Below are positions 49,702 to 60,512 of a stretch of 64,000 nt of DNA, piece by piece. The translations under genes and the position numbers were made by a program. The stretch comes from an uncultured Hyphomicrobiales bacterium. GTDB taxonomy: Bacteria; Bacteroidota; Ignavibacteria; Kapaibacteriales; UBA2268. Location: assembly GCA_964634885.1 (NCBI GenBank), contig CAZWLN010000009.1, positions 17,735 through 81,734 on the forward strand, read 5' to 3'. The number at the start of each line of letters is the position of its first letter. Position 1 is the first letter of the stretch. Below the pieces are notes generated by a model, which searched no databases, had not been told where the DNA came from, and was given only the letters and a program-made list of their open reading frames with translations.

Positions 49702-50769
49702 ATGGCAAGAAAGAAAAGGAGCCATACACCTGGCTCAATCTACAAGAAAAATAACAAACTTGTCATTGAATTGAAAGGCAAAAAGCTTTATACCGGCTTG
49801 AACGATACACCTGAAGGTAGAGAGAAAGCTAAATTGATGAAGGAACAAATGTATGAGCAATGGCTGATTAACAGAGGGACATTGCCGGATCATACGAAAG
49901 ATTTTATATCAGCAAAGGAAGCTTTCTTGGAATTTGTAAGTCATCTTGAGCGAAAACAACGGAGTCAGGCTACAATCAGAAATTACAAATTAGCTTTCAA
50001 GCTGATTTACAAAGAAGATTATCTAATAAACCAGAGAATAAACAATGAATACAGGATTGTGTTTGATATTCGGAGATTTGTTGACACTACAAATGTTGGA
50101 AATGTCAGCATAAACAGTTATCTCCGGTGCATTAGGTCTTACCTAAACTATTGTTATACTCAGGGATATATCAACAAAATAGATGTAATGAATTTGTTTG
50201 GGAAACCAGAAAAAGAAAAGAAACCAATTGCTTACAACGATAGAGATTTGGAAAAGATTCTCGAATACTTTTACGAAACTGATGAAGAATTTGCTTTATG
50301 GATTAGCTTTATGAGATTGACCGGATCTCGAAGTAAAGAATCAATCACCCTTACTTGGGACCAAGTGGATATTGAAAAGAGGCAAATACTGATCTACAAC
50401 AAAATCAATACAGAAAAATCTGAGATGATAATAGTATCAGATAGAGTTTTGAATATCCTCGAAAGGTTATTAGTTCTCTCAACCCAAAGGCCGAAAAATA
50501 AACATAAACTATTTCGTTGGACTTATAATGGTTTGTCCCGGCTTACCCGCAGATTCCATGATGCAGAAAAACTATTGGGAATAGAACCGACCAATGGATG
50601 TTTCCATAAGCTCAGGAAAGCTTTTGCAACCGAAATAATTGAAAATGACCTGTCGATATGGGAAGTCAAAGAACTTATGCGCCACGCTAATATCAATACT
50701 ACTCTGAAGTATTACAAAGAGAAGAACACTTTGAAACTTGTGGATGCCTTGAATAGAATCCACCATTGA
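49702..50769 (+). CDS. Tyrosine-type site-specific recombinase (phage-type integrase)
   Basis: C-terminal catalytic region with HKLRKAFAT (HxxR) and LMRHANINTTLKYY (catalytic Tyr); located about 250 bp from tRNA-Thr and transcribed toward it. Confidence 0.9.
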   Translation: MARKKRSHTPGSIYKKNNKLVIELKGKKLYTGLNDTPEGREKAKLMKEQMYEQWLINRGTLPDHTKDFISAKEAFLEFVSHLERKQRSQATIRNYKLAFKLIYKEDYLINQRINNEYRIVFDIRRFVDTTNVGNVSINSYLRCIRSYLNYCYTQGYINKIDVMNLFGKPEKEKKPIAYNDRDLEKILEYFYETDEEFALWISFMRLTGSRSKESITLTWDQVDIEKRQILIYNKINTEKSEMIIVSDRVLNILERLLVLSTQRPKNKHKLFRWTYNGLSRLTRRFHDAEKLLGIEPTNGCFHKLRKAFATEIIENDLSIWEVKELMRHANINTTLKYYKEKNTLKLVDALNRIHH

Positions 50770-50872
50770 GTTTTTACGATACACTTTTCTTATCAAGAAT
50801 TATTCAATTAAGCAATATGGCTATTTCTGCTTCTATTGAAAGGTAGTTGCTATTTGCATTGACTATTTATCG

Positions 50873-50890
50873 GGACGGAAATGGGACGGG
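50873..50890 (+). promoter_or_regulatory. 18-bp motif GGGACGGAAATGGGACGG, copy 2 of 2
   Basis: Identical to 10070-10087; between integrase stop and tRNA. Confidence 0.45.
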
Positions 50891-51015
50891 AAAAATATTT
50901 TAAATGACAAAAAATAGCTTTAAATGGCAAAATTCTCTGTTCCCCTTCCAACGACATTGAAAACGGGAACACAGCAATTATGCTTGAATTGCAAGGAGTT
51001 ACCTCTTTTGCCTTT

Positions 51016-51059
51016 CGAGCCAACAGCCGGACTTGAACCGGCGACCTGCTCATTACGAA
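51016..51059 (-). repeat. Right-end direct repeat (attL-like) overlapping the 3' half of the intact tRNA-Thr
   Basis: Identical 44 nt to 9961-10004. Confidence 0.8.
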
Positions 51060-51090
51060 TGAGCTGCTCTACCAACTGAGCTATGTTGGC
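51018..51090 (-). tRNA. tRNA-Thr (anticodon CGU), 73 nt, CCA not encoded
   Basis: Manual cloverleaf: acceptor GCCAACA/UGUUGGC, D-arm GCUC-AGUUGGUA-GAGC, anticodon arm GCUCA-UUCGUAA-UGAGC, T-arm GCCGG-UUCAAGU-CCGGC, discriminator U. Confidence 0.9.
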
Positions 51091-51136
51091 CTTCTACGAA
51101 TTACAAAATTACTTAAAAATTGATAATTTACAAAGT

Positions 51137-51817
51137 CTATAGTTGTTCGACAAAGATGTTACGCGCCAGTTCCTGCCCGATGACCTTTTCCTCCCCGTTG
51201 TGAACGATTGTCAGCGGCCCGTTAAAGGGGGCAATGTCGAGTACTATCACCTGTTTGTTCGGCATCAGGTCCATTTTCTCGAGGTAGTTAAGGAAATTGG
51301 GGTCGTTGTCGGACAGCCTCGAAATAGTCATTTCCTTTCCGATCTCAGCTTCTGACAGTGGTATCTCACTGTGAGCGAAAATCTTACCGTCTTTCGTCGG
51401 TATGGGGTGGCCATGAGGGTCGAACTTAGGGTTGCCGAGCAAGGCAGCAATTTTATCGCTGAATTCTTCGGAGATGAAATGCTCCAGTTTGCAGGCCTCT
51501 TCGTGTACCTTGTCGAGTGTGTAGCCGAGCATCTCTTTCAGATACAACTCCAGCAGGCGGTGCTGCCTGATGATGTGCAGGGCGTGGGCGTCTCCTTTTT
51601 CCGTAAGCTTGACGCCTTTGTATGAGTTGTAGTCAACAAGGTTCATGCCTGCAAGCCTTTTAAGCATCCCTGTTACGGAAGCGCCCGACACATCGAGTTC
51701 ATTCGCTATTTCTGTTGTTGGTACAGGGCCGTTAACCTGCAGCTTATATATGGTTTTCAGGTAATCCTGGACTGCTTTGCTTATCTCTCGTTTACTATCT
51801 GACATCTTACCGCTCAA
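51137..51817 (-). CDS. DtxR/MntR-family metal-dependent transcriptional repressor with C-terminal FeoA/SH3-like domain
   Basis: N-terminal wHTH (AVQDYLKTIYKL...TTEIANELDVSGASVTGMLKRL), dimerisation/metal-site region, C-terminal SH3-like extension. Confidence 0.85.
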   Translation of the reverse strand: MSGKMSDSKREISKAVQDYLKTIYKLQVNGPVPTTEIANELDVSGASVTGMLKRLAGMNLVDYNSYKGVKLTEKGDAHALHIIRQHRLLELYLKEMLGYTLDKVHEEACKLEHFISEEFSDKIAALLGNPKFDPHGHPIPTKDGKIFAHSEIPLSEAEIGKEMTISRLSDNDPNFLNYLEKMDLMPNKQVIVLDIAPFNGPLTIVHNGEEKVIGQELARNIFVEQL

Positions 51818-51980
51818 AAATATGAATATTATTTATTAATTATATGTTTAGTCGCAGCTAAACAATTTTTATTATAAATTTTTCTCTTTTGCTAATTATA
51901 AATTTAGATAAATCTATTAATTTTTTAAAATTAAATTTTAAATAATATTAGCAATTGTTAAAAAATAAGGAGGAATCCGG

Positions 51981-53171
51981 TCAATACATTGGATTTTTAC
52001 GGAGGTTTTCTTCGAGTTTCGATTTCATATTGTCGTATTGGTTTCTGTAGGCGCTTTTGTCAAGGAGGTAGCTGTATGCCGAATGGTGGAAGAATTTTGT
52101 GAAAAGGGCAGCATTGCCGTTGAAGGGACGGCTCTCTTTGAGGGAAACGGTGCCTGCGCCTGATTGGACGTTGCCGGGGTTGACGCCGTAGAGTGGTGGA
52201 AATCCTAATTTTTCGGAATTTTCATACAGGAATTGCATCAGTTGCAGGCTGAGTTCCTTGTTCTCATTCTTGTTGTTGAGCGCCAGGCTGATTACTTCTA
52301 TGTCGGCAGTATTGCCCGGTTTATTACCGTATGGAGCCGGGTATTCATCAACTTTCAGTCCGGCGTTGAACTGCCGGGCGCGATAGATGCCCATCGGGCT
52401 GTCAATCACCGACAGGACTTGACCGGTGGCAAAGCGCCTGAGTATTTCGTCGTTGGTGCCGACGGCAGAAAAGGGTATCAATTCACCGAGTAAAGTGTAA
52501 ACAGCGATCACCTGGTTCTCGTTAAACTTCATCAGTGCAAGGGAATCGGCGAAATTCGGGTACAGCATATTGCCTGCATATACAAAAAAGCCGAAGAATT
52601 CCTTCTTGTCGAGTATGTTGATAGCGAAAGCTTTTTTTTCGGGATTAGCGCTTAATTGCCACAGAAGTTCTTTGAAACCGGCCCAGTCGGAACGGCCATT
52701 CGGTTTTGCCGGAACAGGTGAAGCCGCATCGCGGTTGATGTACAACCGACGGCTGACGTTAAGCCAGGGCCAGGAAACAGGGTTGTTGTTAAAACGGCAC
52801 TGGCTTGTTAACTGCCGGGGAATTGCCTTCAGGAGGGAATCGGGCAACGGCTGAACGATATTGCCTGAAACAAATGCACAGAGAGTCCACCTGTCCAGTT
52901 CAATCAGGTCGGCGCTGTCCGGGTTCGCTTTGATATAGTCAAGTATTACCCTGATGTCGGTTTCCCTGAGGTTGTGAATCACAACCTCGCAGCCGTACTG
53001 CGCTTCGAAGTCGGCAACAATTGTCTTAAGGGAGTCTGTGAAAGCAGCGCTCTTGTCGATGAGCAGCAGGTCGAGCCTGTCGTCGTCGAACAGGGTGGCT
53101 ACATTGCATGAAGTGAAGCACAGTAACAGGCTTACAACAAAATATATCAAAATCCGGCTTTTCATTCGCAT
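51981..53171 (-). CDS. Putative extracellular solute-binding lipoprotein (ABC transporter substrate-binding-like)
   Basis: Lipoprotein signal (LLLCFTSC); general periplasmic binding protein feel; weak call. Confidence 0.4.
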   Translation of the reverse strand: MRMKSRILIYFVVSLLLCFTSCNVATLFDDDRLDLLLIDKSAAFTDSLKTIVADFEAQYGCEVVIHNLRETDIRVILDYIKANPDSADLIELDRWTLCAFVSGNIVQPLPDSLLKAIPRQLTSQCRFNNNPVSWPWLNVSRRLYINRDAASPVPAKPNGRSDWAGFKELLWQLSANPEKKAFAINILDKKEFFGFFVYAGNMLYPNFADSLALMKFNENQVIAVYTLLGELIPFSAVGTNDEILRRFATGQVLSVIDSPMGIYRARQFNAGLKVDEYPAPYGNKPGNTADIEVISLALNNKNENKELSLQLMQFLYENSEKLGFPPLYGVNPGNVQSGAGTVSLKESRPFNGNAALFTKFFHHSAYSYLLDKSAYRNQYDNMKSKLEENLRKNPMY

Positions 53172-53370
53172 CTCTTTATTTCAAGCTTCTGCCTCTGACC
53201 TGATGGTGAAAGCAGGCACACCAGATTACCAGGCAGCATATTGTTAAAAAAAAGTAAAATAATAAAATAATAGTTAGAAAAAAAAGCAAATATGGAAGCC
53301 ATATATTATTTTATTTTTTTATTTTTGAATGATAAATAATGTTTTAAATAATCTCAAATTTTAAAGTTAT

Positions 53371-55026
53371 ATGACAAGTGATAATGCGATATTGAAACAG
53401 ACCAAATACATATTTATTACAGGCGGAGTGCTGTCTTCGCTTGGTAAGGGTATATCCAGCGCTTCACTGGGGCTGTTGCTTAAACAGATGGGTTTTACCG
53501 TTACAATAATGAAGCTCGACCCCTATATTAATGTCGATCCCGGTACGATGAACCCGTTCCAGCACGGCGAAGTCTATGTTACCGACGATGGTTCCGAGAC
53601 TGACCTCGACCTTGGGCACTATGAAAGATTCATTGCTACTTCATTGAATAAGAACAACAATACTACTTCCGGCCAGGTTTACTATGAGGTAATTCAGAAA
53701 GAACGCAAAGGCCATTACTTAGGTAAAACCGTGCAGGTAATCCCCCACATTACCGATGAGATCAAGAGAAGGATTGCTGTCTTTGACGGAGAATTCGATT
53801 TCGTACTGATCGAAATCGGCGGAACCATCGGCGACATCGAATCGCTGCCATTCCTGGAGGCTGCCCGCCAGTATATACTCGAACGCGGTTCGAGGAATGC
53901 CATTGTCATTCACCTGACATATATTCCCTACATCAAAGCAGCAGGCGAGCTTAAGACAAAACCCACACAGCATTCTGTCAAGACACTGATGGAACACGGG
54001 ATAAAGCCCGACATCCTGATTTGCCGTACTGAGCATAAATTGACAAAAGAACTGAAGTCCAAGATTGCCCTGTTCTGCAACGTGGAATTCGATTCGGTCA
54101 TCGAAGGCCAGGACGTGGAAACTTCCATCTATGAAGTACCCCTGCAATATGCCAAATCCAATTTCCCTGACATCGTACTCAAGAAACTTGATATGCCGCC
54201 CAGGGAGATCGACCTGGACACATGGACCAAGTTTGTCCAGAGGATCAAGAATCCCAAACATGAAATAACGATTGCACTTGTCGGCAAATATACCAAATAT
54301 ACCGATTCCTATAAATCCATCATCGAAGCTTTCGCCCATGCGGGTTCTGTTAACAACACCAAGGTCAATGTCGAGTTGAAGAACTCCGAGAAAATTACCG
54401 AGGAGAATGTTGCCGAAACGCTTCAGGGCATCGACGGTGTCCTGGTAGGTCCCGGTTTCGGTTCACGCGGCATCGAGGGTAAAATAACTGCAATTAAGTA
54501 TCTGCGAGAGAATAAGATTCCTTTCTTCGGCATCTGCCTGGGCTTGCAGTGTGCTGTCATCGAGTTTTCCAGGAATGTGTGCGGCCTTCAGGAAGCCAAC
54601 TCCCGCGAATTTGACGAGGAATGTACCAATGCTGTCATCGACCTGATGGACGAGCAGAAGAAGATTAAGATCAAAGGCGGGACAATGAGGCTCGGCGCCT
54701 ATCCCTGTGTAGTTCAGCCAGGGACATTAGCGCATAAAGCTTACAATTCCGGCGACATCTCCGAACGCCACAGACACCGCTATGAACTTAACAATGAGTA
54801 CAGGGAGATGCTGCAGGAGCACGGCCTGGTAATGAGCGGCCTGTCTCCTGACGGGAACCTCGTTGAAATAATTGAGCTGCCCGGCCATCCGTGGTTTCTC
54901 GGTACGCAGTTCCATCCGGAACTGAAATCCAGAGCCGTGACCGGAACTCCTTTGTTCATCAGTTTCATCGAAGCTGCTGTGAAGAACAAATTATCAAAAG
55001 AGAATATTGAGAATAACGATCAATAA
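53371..55026 (+). CDS. pyrG: CTP synthase
   Basis: N-terminal synthetase domain ([16 protein letters not shown]), C-terminal class I glutamine amidotransferase (GICLGLQ, HRHRYE). Confidence 0.97.
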   Translation: MTSDNAILKQTKYIFITGGVLSSLGKGISSASLGLLLKQMGFTVTIMKLDPYINVDPGTMNPFQHGEVYVTDDGSETDLDLGHYERFIATSLNKNNNTTSGQVYYEVIQKERKGHYLGKTVQVIPHITDEIKRRIAVFDGEFDFVLIEIGGTIGDIESLPFLEAARQYILERGSRNAIVIHLTYIPYIKAAGELKTKPTQHSVKTLMEHGIKPDILICRTEHKLTKELKSKIALFCNVEFDSVIEGQDVETSIYEVPLQYAKSNFPDIVLKKLDMPPREIDLDTWTKFVQRIKNPKHEITIALVGKYTKYTDSYKSIIEAFAHAGSVNNTKVNVELKNSEKITEENVAETLQGIDGVLVGPGFGSRGIEGKITAIKYLRENKIPFFGICLGLQCAVIEFSRNVCGLQEANSREFDEECTNAVIDLMDEQKKIKIKGGTMRLGAYPCVVQPGTLAHKAYNSGDISERHRHRYELNNEYREMLQEHGLVMSGLSPDGNLVEIIELPGHPWFLGTQFHPELKSRAVTGTPLFISFIEAAVKNKLSKENIENNDQ

Positions 55027-55042
55027 AAAAAAGGTTGACGGT

Positions 55043-55471
55043 ATGAAAAAATGCCTCCTGTTCTTTTTATGCGCTGCGATTGGGCTGATTGCCTGTAGTA
55101 GTTCAAAACCTCCGGAAAAAAACAACCAACCGGAAGTCATCACCACGCCAAGCGGCCTTAAGTACACAGAGCTGAAAACCGGCAGCGGCCCTATGCCCCT
55201 GCCTGGCCAGACAGTCTCGGTCCACCAGGTTGTCCGCGACTCCAAGGGCAATTTACTGGAAGATACGTACAAGAACGGACTGCCCTTCGAGTTTATCCTT
55301 GGTAAGGACGAAACCATCCAGGGACTGGAAGAGGGTGTAATGACAATGAAAGTAGGGGGAAAGCGAAAGCTTTACGTACCGCCGGAACTGGGCTTCGGAA
55401 GGCGTGCTGTACGTACAATACCAAAGAATGCAGACCTGGTCATTGAAGTTGAATTGATCGATATTAAATAG
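55043..55471 (+). CDS. FKBP-type peptidyl-prolyl cis-trans isomerase lipoprotein (ORF track start 55007 overlaps pyrG; MKKCLL start at 55043 preferred)
   Basis: Lipobox LIACSS; FKBP core (GLKYTELKTGSG...VSVHQVV...FEFILGKDETIQGLEEGVMTMKVGGKRKLYVPPELGFG). Confidence 0.85.
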   Translation: MKKCLLFFLCAAIGLIACSSSKPPEKNNQPEVITTPSGLKYTELKTGSGPMPLPGQTVSVHQVVRDSKGNLLEDTYKNGLPFEFILGKDETIQGLEEGVMTMKVGGKRKLYVPPELGFGRRAVRTIPKNADLVIEVELIDIK

Positions 55472-55547
55472 ATTTTGTGGTTACAATTCTCTAAAGAAGC
55501 TTCTTTCCTATTGGAGGGGAGCTTTTTTAATTATTCAGTCCGATTAA

Positions 55548-56459
55548 TTACTGTTTAAGCTTCATAATATCGAGTTCAGTTAATCCTGTAACCATGCAAA
55601 TTTCCTCCAAAGTCATATTCATAGATAGCAGCTTGAGGGCTATTGTTTCTTTTTCCCTTTTTTTTCCTCTTTTTTCTCCAATCAACAAAGCTTCCTCAGT
55701 AGCGTAAGACAATCTGTCGGCTTCGTCTCTTGCGGCTTTTTCGCGGTATTCTATGATGGCACGGACATCAGGGTCGGCAGCAGCTTTCTGCATTCTTTTT
55801 ATGGCTTTCATGATCATTGCCTCCTTTTTAATACGTTCCGGTATTCTTCCCGGATCGTTGATGAAAGTCTCTCCGTTCATCAGGGCGAACAGCCACTGGT
55901 TGATCGGATCATCATATAACCGTTCGTCCTTGTACTTCGGCAGCTCGATGAAGTGGTACTCCACCAGGTCCGCCAACTCCTTATGACTCTTAACGTTTAA
56001 CAATCTGTAAATATTGTGTATGGCTTTTTCGTTCTTTATCAGTAAGAAATCCGAGAAAATAATGGATACTGTTTTGTTCAATTTGTCGTATCCCTGGGCT
56101 TCCGAAAGCTGGCCGGTCAATAGTTTAGCATTGTAATAGACAATGCGTTCCATGAAATGATGACGGTTCTGTACCTGCATCTCGATGTTGTACAGCCTGC
56201 CTTTTTCATCGCGGGCTTTAATGTCAATCACTGTTGCTTTATCCGACATATATTCTTTCAGGTTCATCGGGTTCATGTAAGAAATGTCGGCAATCTTTTC
56301 CTGACCGCTGTCGAGAAAAACAGCGTTCAGGAGATGGATGAGTATGTCTTTGGAGTTCCCTGAAGCAAAAACATATTTGAAGACGATATCGTTACGAAGG
56401 TTGATTTTTGTAATGTCGATGTCTTTCATATTATTCTCTACCGTATTCGAGTAAAACAA
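55548..56459 (-). CDS. Rpn-family (YhgA-like, PD-(D/E)XK) recombination-promoting nuclease/putative transposase
   Basis: N-terminal DIVFKYVFASGNSKDILIHLLNAVF, ...IDIKARDEKGRLYNIEMQVQ, C-terminal Rpt-like helical region. Confidence 0.7.
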   Translation of the reverse strand: MFYSNTVENNMKDIDITKINLRNDIVFKYVFASGNSKDILIHLLNAVFLDSGQEKIADISYMNPMNLKEYMSDKATVIDIKARDEKGRLYNIEMQVQNRHHFMERIVYYNAKLLTGQLSEAQGYDKLNKTVSIIFSDFLLIKNEKAIHNIYRLLNVKSHKELADLVEYHFIELPKYKDERLYDDPINQWLFALMNGETFINDPGRIPERIKKEAMIMKAIKRMQKAAADPDVRAIIEYREKAARDEADRLSYATEEALLIGEKRGKKREKETIALKLLSMNMTLEEICMVTGLTELDIMKLKQ

Positions 56460-56473
56460 TATTATTGGTATTA

Positions 56474-59400
56474 TTACCTGCTTATTGAAAAAGCACTGCC
56501 TACCATATTATCAGAATTATGTTTTAAAACAATATAGTAGATTCCCGAACTCAGAGATTCAATGTTCAATGTGTATTGGTTATTTCCGGTAAGAGACAGA
56601 TCGCTTAAAGAATTCTTAGAGACGGACTGTCCTAATGAATTATAAATCTCAATCATTGACCCTACACTGTAATCATTATCTAATGTTATTGTAAGAGTTG
56701 AATTTGCAGGATTAGGATAAATAAACAGATGTTTTTGGGATTTATAACTATCTGTAACAGAAGTGATTCTATCGATTTCATAGAGTCTGATCAATCCATT
56801 ATTACTTGTAGCTATCAGATGTTTATTGTCTCCCGTCAATTCGATCTGCCATTTCACTCCAGGGGTATTGAAGGGTATGGAGTCGATTACCATGCATTTA
56901 TTAAAGTCGCAGCAATAAAGATAATTATTAGTTGTTACAAAGAGATTATAATTTAACATAGAAAATTCAAGATCAATTACTATATTATCTTTTGAATCAT
57001 CATTTTTGTCGTTATAAATACCATCAATCGTTATGGCTTTCTCTAATCTTGAACTATCAATGTTATATATATCAATTTTATTCGGATAGGTAAAGTACGC
57101 AATATATTTATTATCGTAGGAAAAACATACCGGAGCAGATAAGTATTCATTCATTTTGTATTTTTGATTCTTTAGGTCAATTATTCTTCCAGAATACCTA
57201 TATTCATTTTTACCACCATGAGACGGACTAGAATAATAATGATAATAACAAAGACAGTATAAAAGAGTCATATCAGGAGACTGATAAATTGCCTGAGGTT
57301 CGTCAGTACCATAAGAAACAAGTATTTTCCCACTATCGAGATCAAAAACACCTATACGTCCAGTGTTCTGATTTGTCGATCCAGCATCATAGTATACCTT
57401 CAATCCATTAATAATGCAATTTTGTTCTTCATTAAACATAACGTAACTATTATTGAGAATAGTAACCGGATATTGTCCGGATGAAGAATATCCTATATCA
57501 GCCTTGATGGTTAAAAGGCATGAATCCTCAATAAAATCATAAAGATAGGTATTATTATTAGGGAATGTCCATGGTTCAGCCGTCGAAATAATAAACCATC
57601 TTTCATTCTGATGTATATCAATATCAATTTTACTATATCCTGATGGCATACCAATTTCGTTTATTAACATTCCTGTTTCAATATCCCATATCCTATAGAA
57701 ATCACCTGAATAGGTGTAGAACCTTTGCCCGTCTTTTGATATTTTTAGTTTTGATATGGGATTGACTTTGGATTTCTGTTGTTTATAGTTTAAAGAATCC
57801 ACCCAGTAATATTGAATCCCCATCTCCGAATCAAGCACAGGATCAGTCTTATAAATACCAGTCTCAGTGTATGCTATAAAAGAACTGTCATCATAGTATT
57901 CTAAAGAATTAATTTTCATTGAATTTAAACCCTGGCTGTTCTTTTCCCAGATTTCTCCTCCTTGATTTGAAAAGAAAACACCATTATTTATTGATCCTGC
58001 AAGCACTGTATTATTACCAGCACAAAGGATATCCGAGATGGTTTTTGTGGAAAGCTGTCTGTCAATCATTTTCCAGTCTTTTCCCTGATTCTCGGTTTTC
58101 CAAATACATTTACCTTTTGTTCCGATGAAAATATGGCCGTTATCATCAATATCTGCACAAGTTATCTTTTCTATTGTTTCACCAATACTAATATTTATAA
58201 CTTCTTTGGTTTCAGTGTTGAAGAGAAAAAGTTTGCTATAATCAGTTGTTATTAGTATCTTTTTCTTATCATTCAAAAACCGTGTCCCTGCCAAAGATGT
58301 GTTGATTAATACCCAAGATGTGTCTGCTGGCAGGTATTTATAAAATCCTTCGTTTGTTATAGCATATGCTTTATACTTATCATCACTGGCAATCATTTGA
58401 ATATCTGATCCGATGCCTCCGTCCCTTTTAATTATTTTGCTATTATCCTTTATCTGGCAATATCCTATGTCGTCTATTAAAGCATATAGTGATTGCGAAG
58501 TGTCGGTACATATCTTCCGAATTTTTCCTTTATAAATTGTATCAACCAGGATTGGATACCAATTATTACATGAGTCAACTGAATGGTATATATAACTGTT
58601 ATTAGAAATAACATAACAAACACCTCTGGAGGTTTTTTCAAAACCAGTAATGTTTAGTTCTGATAAATTGATATTTACAATTTTATAATCTGTAATGTCT
58701 TTATTACAGATATACAAATCGCCATATTTTGTGCCTATAAAGGCTTTATTATCTATGAACTCAAAGCAATTAAAATAAGCAGTATTAAAAGGAGAGCCTT
58801 CTTTTAAGACAGTAAAATGAACCCAATCTGCCAGTGTTGAGTCATATTTGAAAATTTCATTCGAGTTGGCGATAAATACATTATTGTCGCTATTTACTAT
58901 TAATAAATATGGTCTGGATAATCCTTTTATATGTTGTAAAGTGACAGAATCCTGAGAATAATCAAGGTAACATAATGAAGAATGAGTACATAAGTAAACT
59001 CTGTCCTGATTGTAATTCACACAATAATACTCACCAATATTTTCTATTATATATATTTTTTTCCAGGAGTCGCCGTAATCGGTTGATTTATAGAGATTGT
59101 AATTGTCGCTTCGAAAAATTACATCATGAATTATGAAAAATTTCTTGAACTTATCAATTTTTCCGATACTTTTACTTTTTAACTCCCAGGTCAAGCCCGA
59201 GTCTCTTGAACAATACATGCCGTCAGGGTATGCACATGCAAATAATGTCCCGTCCGATGATTGTGCTATTCCCCTGATATCCGTTTTATTATCACCAATT
59301 TTCAGGCTTTCCCATGTAATCCCATCATTTTTTGAAATGTAAACGGGGTTATTATCTGCAACGAGAAAGATATAGCCGTTTTGTGCAATGAATATTTGTT

Positions 59401-59656
59401 TGACGATCATATTTTTGGGTGAAACAATTATTGTCTCCCAGGACAGACCTTCATCTTTACTTCTTATGATATTGCATCTGTCCTGATTACCCAGATCATT
59501 GGTAATACCAGCATAGTAGTAACCGTTTTTGTCGACTGCCATACATAAAACAGGACCCCATGAATTTCCGCCGGCGGTTTTCCAGGTCAAATTCCTTGGC
59601 AAAAGATTTATGGCCGAAATTAAAACAAAAACCAATACAACTGAAGCGCTTCTCAT
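56474..59656 (-). CDS. BNR/Asp-box repeat (sortilin/Ycf48-like) beta-propeller protein with T9SS C-terminal sorting domain
   Basis: SKDEGLSWE, SKNDGITWE, SRDSGLTWE, STDYGDSWK motifs; CTD ...SGIYYIVLKHNSDNMVGSAFSISR. Confidence 0.7.
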   Translation of the reverse strand: MRSASVVLVFVLISAINLLPRNLTWKTAGGNSWGPVLCMAVDKNGYYYAGITNDLGNQDRCNIIRSKDEGLSWETIIVSPKNMIVKQIFIAQNGYIFLVADNNPVYISKNDGITWESLKIGDNKTDIRGIAQSSDGTLFACAYPDGMYCSRDSGLTWELKSKSIGKIDKFKKFFIIHDVIFRSDNYNLYKSTDYGDSWKKIYIIENIGEYYCVNYNQDRVYLCTHSSLCYLDYSQDSVTLQHIKGLSRPYLLIVNSDNNVFIANSNEIFKYDSTLADWVHFTVLKEGSPFNTAYFNCFEFIDNKAFIGTKYGDLYICNKDITDYKIVNINLSELNITGFEKTSRGVCYVISNNSYIYHSVDSCNNWYPILVDTIYKGKIRKICTDTSQSLYALIDDIGYCQIKDNSKIIKRDGGIGSDIQMIASDDKYKAYAITNEGFYKYLPADTSWVLINTSLAGTRFLNDKKKILITTDYSKLFLFNTETKEVINISIGETIEKITCADIDDNGHIFIGTKGKCIWKTENQGKDWKMIDRQLSTKTISDILCAGNNTVLAGSINNGVFFSNQGGEIWEKNSQGLNSMKINSLEYYDDSSFIAYTETGIYKTDPVLDSEMGIQYYWVDSLNYKQQKSKVNPISKLKISKDGQRFYTYSGDFYRIWDIETGMLINEIGMPSGYSKIDIDIHQNERWFIISTAEPWTFPNNNTYLYDFIEDSCLLTIKADIGYSSSGQYPVTILNNSYVMFNEEQNCIINGLKVYYDAGSTNQNTGRIGVFDLDSGKILVSYGTDEPQAIYQSPDMTLLYCLCYYHYYSSPSHGGKNEYRYSGRIIDLKNQKYKMNEYLSAPVCFSYDNKYIAYFTYPNKIDIYNIDSSRLEKAITIDGIYNDKNDDSKDNIVIDLEFSMLNYNLFVTTNNYLYCCDFNKCMVIDSIPFNTPGVKWQIELTGDNKHLIATSNNGLIRLYEIDRITSVTDSYKSQKHLFIYPNPANSTLTITLDNDYSVGSMIEIYNSLGQSVSKNSLSDLSLTGNNQYTLNIESLSSGIYYIVLKHNSDNMVGSAFSISR

Positions 59657-59750
59657 AAATTGTCTCTACTTTCTGAAAAATAATCAGTTCAATTTATTAA
59701 AAAATTTCAGATTATTCACAAAAAAATAAACAAAATATTGTGATTTCATC

Positions 59751-60512
59751 TCAATTCGAATACCGGTCGAGGGTGAAAGTCTCGCCCAGGTATCTCTTTC
59801 TTACGTCTTCGTTGTTGGCAATGTCGTCCGAGCTTCCGGAAGTGAATATGTTGCCCTCGATGAGGATGTAGGCCCTGTCTGTAATCGACAGTGTTTCATG
59901 GACGTTGTGGTCAGTAATCAGAACGCCGATATTCTTTTCTTTAAGCCTTGCAACTATGTCCATTATTTCTTCGACGGCGATGGGGTCGATGCCTGCAAAA
60001 GGTTCGTCGAGGAGTATGAATTTCGGGTCGGTAGCCAGCGCCCGGGCAATCTCGCAGCGGCGGCGCTCGCCACCGGAGAGCATATAGCCTTTACTTTTAC
60101 GGATGTGGGTGATGCCGAAACTCTCGAGCAGGAACTCGAGTTTTTCCTTGCGTGCTTTTCGGCTCAATTTCTGTAGTTCGAGTATCGCCCTGACATTCTG
60201 TTCTACAGTCATTTTCCTGAAGACGGAAGCTTCCTGTGGAAGGTAGCTGATGCCAAGCCTGGAACGCTTGTACATCGGATTGAGGGTGATTTCGGTGTCG
60301 TTGAGCCAGACCGTGCCTTCGTTGGGTTTGATCATGCCTACGATCATGTAAAATGTGGTTGTCTTACCTGCTCCGTTCGGGCCAAGCAATCCTACAACCT
60401 CACCCTGTTTCACTTCGAGGGAAACACCTTTAACCACTGTGCGTTTGTGATACTTTTTCAGGAGGCCCTCCCCCCTGAGTATGCTTAATTGGCTGTTCTG
60501 TTCGTTCGTCAT
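59751..60512 (-). CDS. lptB: LPS export ABC transporter ATP-binding protein
   Basis: Walker [10 protein letters not shown], signature LSGGERRR, Walker B ILLDEP; 253 aa; LptB-like C-terminal tail. Confidence 0.85.
   Translation of the reverse strand: MTNEQNSQLSILRGEGLLKKYHKRTVVKGVSLEVKQGEVVGLLGPNGAGKTTTFYMIVGMIKPNEGTVWLNDTEITLNPMYKRSRLGISYLPQEASVFRKMTVEQNVRAILELQKLSRKARKEKLEFLLESFGITHIRKSKGYMLSGGERRRCEIARALATDPKFILLDEPFAGIDPIAVEEIMDIVARLKEKNIGVLITDHNVHETLSITDRAYILIEGNIFTSGSSDDIANNEDVRKRYLGETFTLDRYSN

Larger units (their letters stand above)
10005..51015. mobile_element. Integrated genomic island of about 41 kb at tRNA-Thr (integrase, toxin/defense/T9SS cargo content); no conjugation genes seen
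   Basis: Bounded by 44-bp direct repeats derived from the tRNA 3' end; tyrosine integrase at the tRNA-proximal end; identical 18-bp motif just inside both ends; interior visibly more AT-rich than flanking core genes. Confidence 0.75.

Noticed and set aside
53719-54339. 206-aa minus-strand ORF
   Set aside because: Antisense within pyrG, a highly conserved gene; spurious.
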